In this document: one piece after another, positions 55,989-64,000 of the stretch
Numbering within the stretch: the stretch's first letter is position 1
Layout of the letters: each line of letters opens with the position of its first letter
Origin: a virus
Taxonomy: Duplodnaviria > Heunggongvirae > Uroviricota > Caudoviricetes
Length of the DNA: 64,000 bases
Virus record (IMG/VR): IMGVR_UViG_3300033074_002207
Direction: 5' to 3' (one strand)
Translations under genes and position numbers: made by a program
The notes under the pieces: model-generated
What the model was told of the DNA's origin: nothing
Seen by the model: only the letters and a program-made list of their open reading frames with translations
Databases searched by the model: none

Positions 55989-57199
55989 AACAACTGACAC
56001 TCAGCACTCTTTTAGGCGATGCCTCTCCAACGAAGCGAGGCGAAATGTCCATCGTCTTTTCCACAGAAGTTTTTTGGGCACCCAAGAACGAAAATGTGAG
56101 CGCCGCAAAGGGCAACAAGAAGTTTTGGCAAGGTCACGTAGCCACTGATGGTATTGATTGGTACACCCTCACCACTTTCTGGCAAGAAACCTCTGATGGC
56201 TCAGAATCTAAGCGACAAACCAGCGCACCGACCAAAATGACGCAGAAGAATGTCGGAAAGGCTAATGAAACGAGCTTGGAACAACAGGCATATTCTGAGC
56301 TAAACTCAATGATTAACAAACAGCGAGACAAAAAGTATCGTCTAGAAGGCGAAACTGTCGCCGCTGATTCCGCTCTTAGCTTGCCACTTCCAATGTTGGC
56401 TCACAAGTGGAAGGAAAAGAAGCACAAGATTCAGTTCCCGGTTTGGGCTCAACCCAAGTTTGATGGCGTCAGGATGCTCCAAGACGGCGAAAGAATGTGG
56501 TCACGAAAGGGTAAGCTGATGATTCCTGAGTGTATTGAGCACCTGCTTATTGATACACAAGGCTATAACATGGATGGAGAGCTTATTCTTCCGCCGCCCT
56601 ACGCCTTTCAAGACACAATGCAAGCAGTGAAGAAATACTATCCGCATCTGTCACCGAATTTGTTGCATCGTGTGTATGACATTATGATTCCTGATATCAA
56701 GTTTTCTGAAAGGTTGGCTTTTCTCAAGGATGTCGTGCAAAAATCAGGCGCGTCGAATATCGTTTTATCTGAAACCGTTCAACTTCACAGTGAACAAGAA
56801 CTAGAACAATATCATGAAGCCAAGGTCGCTGAGGGTTGGGAAGGCGTTATCGTTCGTGCAGATATCGGCGGATATGAAATCAATAAAAGAGCCAACCAGT
56901 TGCTCAAATATAAGTCTTTTGACGACGATGAGTTTGAAGTTGTCGGTGTCGTCACCGGAGAGGGTAAGTTTGAAGGCTTGGGAATTTTGGAGTGTATTAC
57001 CAAGCATGGTGTGACATTCCGCGCCACACCAAAGGGCACGGTGGAGTATCGAAGACGACTATACGAACACCCAGAGGAAGTTATTGGACAAATGTGGAAA
57101 ATCCAATACTTCGGGTGGACTACAAACCCAGACCCGACACAGGTCAAGCCAAGGCATGCTATTGCCGTTGGTGAGCGGGACTCTGATATCGAGGGATAA
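55985..57199 (+). CDS. ATP-dependent DNA ligase (phage/T7-like)
   Basis: motif I AQPKFDGVR, central adenylation region, C-terminal OB-like region. Confidence 0.7.
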   Translation: MKQLTLSTLLGDASPTKRGEMSIVFSTEVFWAPKNENVSAAKGNKKFWQGHVATDGIDWYTLTTFWQETSDGSESKRQTSAPTKMTQKNVGKANETSLEQQAYSELNSMINKQRDKKYRLEGETVAADSALSLPLPMLAHKWKEKKHKIQFPVWAQPKFDGVRMLQDGERMWSRKGKLMIPECIEHLLIDTQGYNMDGELILPPPYAFQDTMQAVKKYYPHLSPNLLHRVYDIMIPDIKFSERLAFLKDVVQKSGASNIVLSETVQLHSEQELEQYHEAKVAEGWEGVIVRADIGGYEINKRANQLLKYKSFDDDEFEVVGVVTGEGKFEGLGILECITKHGVTFRATPKGTVEYRRRLYEHPEEVIGQMWKIQYFGWTTNPDPTQVKPRHAIAVGERDSDIEG

Positions 57200-57394
57200 A
57201 TGGAATTTTTCGTTGGAGCTACAGTTGTTGATTCTGCCTATTTCGGAAAAATAGGCAGAATCACACACATTGATGATTACGATTCATGTCACGTAATTCA
57301 TGTATTATGGCATGACGGGACGCAATCTGACTTTATGCCGGATGAAGGCACAAAGATTGTTGACGATGAAATACCGATTTTAGTAAAAAAATAG
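57200..57394 (+). CDS. hypothetical protein
   Basis: 64-aa ORF. Confidence 0.3.
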   Translation: MEFFVGATVVDSAYFGKIGRITHIDDYDSCHVIHVLWHDGTQSDFMPDEGTKIVDDEIPILVKK

Positions 57395-57431
57395 CCCTAC
57401 GGGTGAAAAACCTTGGTATAATAACGTTGAT

Positions 57432-57731
57432 ATGTCGAACGTTATTCAACCACTAAGTGATAAAATTGCTATTTTGGCAGATGTCGAAAATAGAACATTG
57501 GCATCTGGTATTCAACTACCCTCCGAAGCTCGCAAAACGTCCACACAAACTGGAATTGTGCAAGCTGTCGGACCAGGCTTTCTCCTCGAAAGCGGCAACC
57601 GAGTTCCGCCAAGCGTAGCTGTTGGTGACCGTGTTGCTTTCAGTATTCATGCAGGTGCCGACGTAGAAGTTGACGGCAAGACGTATATATTGATTAACGA
57701 AGAGCAAATCTTGGCGATTTTGAAGAAGTAA
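57432..57731 (+). CDS. groES: co-chaperonin GroES
   Basis: classic 99-aa Cpn10 (PL.D.I...GI..P......TGIV.AVGPG...V.VGD.V.F......V..DG..Y.I). Confidence 0.85.
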   Translation: MSNVIQPLSDKIAILADVENRTLASGIQLPSEARKTSTQTGIVQAVGPGFLLESGNRVPPSVAVGDRVAFSIHAGADVEVDGKTYILINEEQILAILKK

Positions 57732-59390
<1,659 letters not shown>

Positions 59391-59412
59391 TGTCTTGTTG
59401 ATGGAGAGTAGG

Positions 59413-59443
59413 CAAGCCCCCAAAATTGGGGGCTTGTTTTTTT
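59413..59443 (+). terminator. intrinsic terminator (caagccccc-aaaatt-gggggcttg + T7) overlapping the next promoter
   Basis: sequence. Confidence 0.75.
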
Positions 59444-59470
59444 CCTCAATACCACAATGCGCTGTATAAT
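59442..59470 (+). promoter_or_regulatory. promoter: TTCCTC-17-TATAAT
   Basis: ttcctc aataccacaatgcgctg tataat. Confidence 0.6.
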
Positions 59471-59476
59471 AAAGAC

Positions 59477-60409
59477 ATGCAGAAAACCTATGTGGTGGTG
59501 TTGGCTTATTTTCAGAACATCAATTTAACCCAAAAAGACAAAGATTATCTATATTCTCTGAAGCCTGAAAACGGAGACATGATTGCAATTTTAGACGTGA
59601 AGCGTGGTGCATGCACCGCCGAGCAACCTTTGCGTCCAAATCAGCGGCAGGACATTTTACGTGGACACAAGAAGCTTTTCAACGCTGGTGTCGCAGAACA
59701 CGTTCATATCAAGGATAATGAACGATGGTCGCTCATTCTCGATGAAACAATCGACCGTAATATGACTACTGGCACGACACATATTGTGTTTTATGCCGCG
59801 AAATCACTTGCTGATAAATATTGCGGTAAATATCAAGTTGAGGTCATGGAAGATATTCCTGGTCTAACAGATGTTTCAGCCGCTGTAGGCGTTAAGCCAC
59901 ACACCAGTAATGATTTTCGTCAAGGCATTATGTATGCCGAACAACGACGTTTCCCGATGGTGTATTCAACAGTGGATATTGCTATTGTTGACCCAACGGC
60001 TCAATATGTACTGCTTGGACGCAAGAAGGATGAAAAGCTGTGGCGCTTCCCCGGTGGCTTTGTTGACCCTACCGATGTTAGCAAAGAAGCCGCTTGGTGC
60101 CGAGAACTTAGCGAAGAAGTTCCCTTTGGAGTGGAAAGGTATCTCTCTGATATCGAGTATATCTGTTCAAATATCGTCCCAGATTGTCGATATACCGGAC
60201 GCGATAAGATTATGACCACGATGTTTGGTGCAGTGGTGGAATTTAAGATAGATGAACTCGAAGCTGGAGATGACTTGGCAGAAGTTCAACTGTTTAAAAT
60301 TGATGAAAGTCTGTTCGATAAGATGACAGACGACCATCACCCGGCGCTAAAGTCATTCTTGGCTTGGGCAACAAAAACCCGCAAAAATCTAAGTGGCATT
60401 ACATACTAG
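59477..60409 (+). CDS. Nudix hydrolase domain protein (C-terminal Nudix box; N-terminal domain unassigned)
   Basis: GGFVDPTDVSKEAAWCRELSEEVPFG fits GX5EX7REUXEEXGU; start set at MQKTY after the promoter. Confidence 0.65.
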   Translation: MQKTYVVVLAYFQNINLTQKDKDYLYSLKPENGDMIAILDVKRGACTAEQPLRPNQRQDILRGHKKLFNAGVAEHVHIKDNERWSLILDETIDRNMTTGTTHIVFYAAKSLADKYCGKYQVEVMEDIPGLTDVSAAVGVKPHTSNDFRQGIMYAEQRRFPMVYSTVDIAIVDPTAQYVLLGRKKDEKLWRFPGGFVDPTDVSKEAAWCRELSEEVPFGVERYLSDIEYICSNIVPDCRYTGRDKIMTTMFGAVVEFKIDELEAGDDLAEVQLFKIDESLFDKMTDDHHPALKSFLAWATKTRKNLSGITY

Positions 60410-60488
60410 AAGCTTTGCTGGCTGGGTATAATACTGGCAGAGAATAGTTCCACTAATGTGGAACTATTCTTTACGTAAGGAGCCTTCT

Positions 60489-61343
60489 ATGAATAAAAAC
60501 AAAGCATTTACACTAATTGAACTTCTCGTCGTTATTGCGATTATCGCTATTTTAGCCGCCATTCTTTTCCCCGTTTTCTCTCAAGCCAAATTAGCGGCTA
60601 AAAAGACTGCTGGTTTGAATCAGGTCAAGCAGATTGGAACATCTATGCACCTGTATCTTCAAGATTTTGATGATGTGTTTTTCCCCTATCGCACTTCTGA
60701 CCCCAATCCTGATTATGTAGCCTGTGTAGCTTCTGGAAACCCAAACTGCAACACATGGTTTGGTAGCAGCACACGAACTCGCACATTCTTTAATCAACTG
60801 CTTCGACCCTATACAAAGTCAAGTGGGCTATGGGTTGCGCCAACACAAACGCAAGCGTGGGAAGGCACCGATAAATTTGGAACTTCTAGCCCTAACTTCC
60901 GAAGTTACGGTGGTCAAAACAGCTATGGTGTAAACAACTATGCATTTCTCCAGAATGGCATGGGCGCATCGGCTATTGCTGAGCCTAGTAATACGCTGAT
61001 TATGGTGGATGCAAGTTATTACAACGTGCTTCCACGATATGTTGGACGCTTGGACGGAGCACCTGCTGGTGGACTGGATGTATGTTCTTCTTCATATCCT
61101 AAGTATTGGAAGAATTTAGGAAACTCCTACCTGTTCAAGTGGAATGGAACAGCAGAAGTGGAGCCGACTGATGCAGAAGCGTTAAAGCTGATTGACGCAC
61201 GTTACAGCGGAATGTTGAACATTGTACGAGCAGATACGAGCGCCAAGGCTTATAAATCCAACTTCCTGTTGAACGAATTCCGAGACAAGGGTGCTGAATC
61301 CATGTGGAATCCGTACAAATCCACTGTTACAGCCTGTCCGTAA
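60489..61343 (+). CDS. prepilin-type N-terminal cleavage/methylation-domain protein of the DUF1559 type (abundant in Planctomycetes/Verrucomicrobia)
   Basis: [56 protein letters not shown]; AAGGAG RBS; 5'-UTR perfect inverted repeat agaatagttccac/gtggaactattct. Confidence 0.65.
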   Translation: MNKNKAFTLIELLVVIAIIAILAAILFPVFSQAKLAAKKTAGLNQVKQIGTSMHLYLQDFDDVFFPYRTSDPNPDYVACVASGNPNCNTWFGSSTRTRTFFNQLLRPYTKSSGLWVAPTQTQAWEGTDKFGTSSPNFRSYGGQNSYGVNNYAFLQNGMGASAIAEPSNTLIMVDASYYNVLPRYVGRLDGAPAGGLDVCSSSYPKYWKNLGNSYLFKWNGTAEVEPTDAEALKLIDARYSGMLNIVRADTSAKAYKSNFLLNEFRDKGAESMWNPYKSTVTACP

Positions 61344-61360
61344 TCAACCAATAAATTAAA

Positions 61361-61396
61361 CAAATCCCTTGATTTTCCTCAAAATCAAGGGATTTG
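61361..61396 (+). promoter_or_regulatory. 16-bp perfect palindrome (caaatcccttgatttt|CCTC|aaaatcaagggatttg) centred on the TTCCTC box; terminator/operator overlapping the promoter (-10 TATATA at 61398)
   Basis: sequence. Confidence 0.5.
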
Positions 61397-61686
61397 TTAT
61401 ATAGAATCATGTGAGGTAGCGCCTCACTCGGGAACGACGGAAACAGGACGTTGGAGAGTGAAGAACACAACGACCTTGAATCGAAGGATGGCGGAAATAA
61501 TCGACCGCCGAACGACTGTGAAAGTCGTTCCTTAAAAAACAGGACAAACGCCACGAAATGTGGTATAATAAATACATACGGGGTCGTAAGGGTTCGACAG
61601 TGGACATATGGCTTCGGTTGCAAGGCGTGGATGTATCCTTGGCCACGGCGAAAGGTCTTTCTTTGAAAATTGAATAAATAAGATGT

Positions 61687-62115
61687 ATGCAAACATCTAT
61701 GAAAGTATGTACAGTCTGTAAAGAGCCCAAAGACAGAAGTGAATTTCATTTCCGTAAGAAAGGCGAACCGTATTTACAAAGCTGGTGTAAAGCGTGTAAG
61801 TCAAAGGTTAATTCAACATATGATAAAAAATCTGCGAGAAAGAATCTTCTGAAAAGAAGAAATCTATCGAGCGAAGAATATTCTAATTTGTTGATTAAAC
61901 AAAATGAAGCTTGTGCGATTTGCGGCTCCTCTGTTGGACACCAAACCAATAGAGGTAAAAAAGCCAGCTTAGCAATCGACCATGACCATTCAACTGGTGC
62001 GGTGCGAGGCTTGTTGTGCAATAAGTGTAATCGAGCACTTGGGTACTTTCAGGATGACGTTGATATAATGCGACGAGCTATTTCTTATTTGCTCAATTTT
62101 GAAAGAAAGACCTAG
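61687..62115 (+). CDS. HNH homing endonuclease
   Basis: CAICGSS...DHDHSTGAVRGLLCNKCN. Confidence 0.7.
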   Translation: MQTSMKVCTVCKEPKDRSEFHFRKKGEPYLQSWCKACKSKVNSTYDKKSARKNLLKRRNLSSEEYSNLLIKQNEACAICGSSVGHQTNRGKKASLAIDHDHSTGAVRGLLCNKCNRALGYFQDDVDIMRRAISYLLNFERKT

Positions 62116-62419
62116 AGCGAAAAATGGATGCAAAAAACAAATGGCGTAACAAACTTCGCCTTCGCTGCCTAATAACCAGCGACATGAAGCAGTAGCGAGT
62201 CAGTAGCGACTGTGGAGTGCAGATGAATCTGAATAAGCTTAAAGGCTTCTGTTCGTAGCCAATAAGACGAAAAAGAATCGAACTGGCAACGGAACGGGTT
62301 GGTCTCTTCCAAAGTCCGTTGTAAGAAAAAATAGAGAAGAACCTTGTGGTAGCCAAAGTGCTGGTTGCATTGGATGCGGTTTCGATACCGCCGACTCCAC
62401 CAGTTTTGCATCGCCTCCA

Positions 62420-63031
62420 TTATTTGGAGGCGATGGCTTTACAAAACTCCTGCATTTCTTCATTAGAGAAATCGCTTTTTGCAAAATTTGCCATGACGCA
62501 AACAATTTGTATATTCCCTAAAATATAACCTTTAGATGAATCTATTCTATCTAAGCTGGCTGTATTGGGTTTCTTTTTTTCAGTTGATTTAGGAAGCTCC
62601 ATCTTCCACCCAGTATATGGGCATATTCCATCTTGAGCCGTCCACAATTCTTTGAGTTGTTCAATGGTTATGTCTAGTTCTCGCCCCTTGCTTTTTACAC
62701 TTTTTCTGGCGCGTCGTAAAAATTCTTTGAATGGCTCAGCGTTTTGTGTTCGCAATGTGCGCAAATTGGCGAGATGCTTCTTGTTGGAATCTCCATTTGC
62801 CCATTCTTGTAAATGTTGAACAAATTCTTTACCATTTTGCTTCATAAATATCTTGCCACAGTTTCTAGAACAAAACCGACGATACCCACGAGACTCACAC
62901 CTTTTATGCTCTGCTAACGACTTTGAATACGCAACACCACATTGTTCACATGTCAATTCAATTGTTTTTCCCATAGTAAGTTGTTCTACGTATAATTTCT
63001 CTTCACATCCACATTTTTCCCCCAACTCCAT
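62420..63031 (-). CDS. HNH endonuclease (HNH_3 / zinc-finger type)
   Basis: CEQCGVAY...C...C; SLDRIDSSKGYILGNIQIVCVMAN. Confidence 0.65.
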   Translation of the reverse strand: MELGEKCGCEEKLYVEQLTMGKTIELTCEQCGVAYSKSLAEHKRCESRGYRRFCSRNCGKIFMKQNGKEFVQHLQEWANGDSNKKHLANLRTLRTQNAEPFKEFLRRARKSVKSKGRELDITIEQLKELWTAQDGICPYTGWKMELPKSTEKKKPNTASLDRIDSSKGYILGNIQIVCVMANFAKSDFSNEEMQEFCKAIASK

Positions 63032-63036
63032 TCCAC

Positions 63037-63065
63037 TTCCTCAAAATATAAAAGCATACGATAAT
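63037..63065 (+). promoter_or_regulatory. promoter: TTCCTC-17-GATAAT
   Basis: ttcctc aaaatataaaagcatac gataat. Confidence 0.55.
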
Positions 63066-63071
63066 ACAAGT

Positions 63072-63722
63072 ATGAGTGAGACGTTGGATTGGATTAAACC
63101 AGGAGCGCTTTGCAACTGTAACGGTGATGGAACTGACACCCTTATTATTCGCACAGTCGAAAAGGATAGGGTTTCTGTTGCGCGTTTTGATGACGAGGCT
63201 GAAAAGTCGCTGTCTGTTGCAAAGAAGCTCTGGCAAGAGGGCTTTTTCTGCTGGGAGAGCTTGCACAAGATTCATAGGGAGTTTATTGAACCAGCAAGGC
63301 GCGAGTTCAACTTGTGTGATACTCATGGCGCGAAACTGACTTCACCCATTAACAGAAGGTGGAAAGCGAAACCTATGCCGTGCCCTGACGATATTCAAGA
63401 AATGCTGTTTGAATATTTCAAGATTCAAGAGGAAGAGTATTTGGACGCTGGACACGGATATCATTTAGGTGCCTATCTTGCAGAAAAGATGCTTAAAGCT
63501 GAGCGACCACTGGCGTTGGCTATCGGTCGGATTATCAATCAGATTTACATGCATGGGCTTGAAGATGCGCTGAATGGATATCAAGCATCTTCTAATGAAA
63601 GAATTTCTATGCTAATCAAGTCTATGGGAATTCGCACAGAACAGGCAGATTATTTTGCTAAAACTATTGGTATATGGGGCGACGAAATGTATCGTCAGTA
63701 TATCAAAAAAGCTCTGGGGTAA
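63072..63722 (+). CDS. hypothetical protein
   Basis: start at MSETLDW downstream of the promoter (ORF-track entry 62853..63722 trimmed). Confidence 0.45.
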   Translation: MSETLDWIKPGALCNCNGDGTDTLIIRTVEKDRVSVARFDDEAEKSLSVAKKLWQEGFFCWESLHKIHREFIEPARREFNLCDTHGAKLTSPINRRWKAKPMPCPDDIQEMLFEYFKIQEEEYLDAGHGYHLGAYLAEKMLKAERPLALAIGRIINQIYMHGLEDALNGYQASSNERISMLIKSMGIRTEQADYFAKTIGIWGDEMYRQYIKKALG

Positions 63723-63768
63723 CAAGGAGTTTTATTCCTCATCCTTTTGTGCGGTATAATACATAGAT

Positions 63769-63942
63769 ATGAACACCCATTGTACGGTTTGTGGAACGTC
63801 CATTTATGATAGCGTATATGATGTATGCTGTGATTGTGAGCACAAAGAGAATCCTTCAGTGAGTCCCAATTGGGATTGGCGATATCAAATGCACAAAGAA
63901 ATGGCGGAAGCAAATCGTCAACGACTAAAGGATGGGGATTAA
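63769..63942 (+). CDS. small zinc-finger protein (57 aa)
   Basis: CTVCG...CCDCEH; TATAAT at 63755; not in the ORF track (below 60 aa). Confidence 0.3.
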   Translation: MNTHCTVCGTSIYDSVYDVCCDCEHKENPSVSPNWDWRYQMHKEMAEANRQRLKDGD

Positions 63943-64000
63943 ATGTACGGAGCCATTGTAGGCGATATTGTCGGAAGTGTGTATGAGCGGCACAATACTT
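63943..64000 (+). CDS. 5' fragment of an ORF continuing beyond the window
   Basis: ATG overlapping the preceding stop (TAAATG). Confidence 0.2.
   Translation, partial: MYGAIVGDIVGSVYERHNT

Noticed and set aside
61451-61666. ORF 61451..61666 (71 aa) downstream of the palindromic promoter
   Set aside because: Low-complexity Asn/Arg-rich translation and no RBS. The interval contains hairpins and a second TATAAT at 61565, so it is more likely a 5' leader or sRNA for the HNH gene at 61687.

Overview
The window reads as a dense, almost entirely plus-strand, phage-like region, most consistent with a jumbo or 'huge' phage. Three things point that way. First, about nine homing-endonuclease genes (HNH and GIY-YIG) are scattered through it. 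Second, it carries large tRNA arrays. Third, its genes are stand-alone 'auxiliary' genes rather than bacterial operons. The tRNA content by my hand-folding is: a complete tRNA-Leu isoacceptor set, four Glu-type tRNAs, four tRNAs with GAA anticodon loops, and several non-canonical tRNA-like elements. Translation and chaperone genes include IF-1, a prfB carrying the classic CUU UGA C programmed +1 frameshift site, a catalytic-core-only class Ia aaRS homologue, an ArgRS-like protein, and GroES/GroEL. There is an RNA end-healing and ligation toolkit made of RtcB, two Rnl-type RNA ligases (one fused to an HNH-like domain) followed by a SAM methyltransferase, and a DHH-DHHA1 nanoRNase. There is an NAD/ADP-ribose module made of PncB, PRPP synthetase, a Nudix protein, a macro domain protein and an HDAC-family deacetylase. 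Other recognisable genes are PurN, an ICDH/IPMDH-family dehydrogenase, thioredoxin, Hsp20, RlmH, a RuvB-like ATPase, an ATP-dependent DNA ligase, a small (p)ppGpp-hydrolase-type HD protein, and an ApaH-like metallophosphatase. One IS605-family TnpB element is inserted at 41.0-42.3 kb, and one GIY-YIG gene sits inside a duplicated pncB promoter/5' end. The strongest non-coding signal is a conserved promoter architecture seen more than 25 times: TTCCTCAAAA in the -35 position, a 17-bp spacer, then TATAAT/GATAAT. Some copies additionally carry a canonical TTGACA -35, and these drive tRNA or small-RNA units that end in clear intrinsic terminators. Two ORF-free, structure-rich stretches (0.44-2.2 kb and 3.2-4.25 kb) remain unexplained. 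All product calls rest on motifs I can recognise by eye; no database search was possible.
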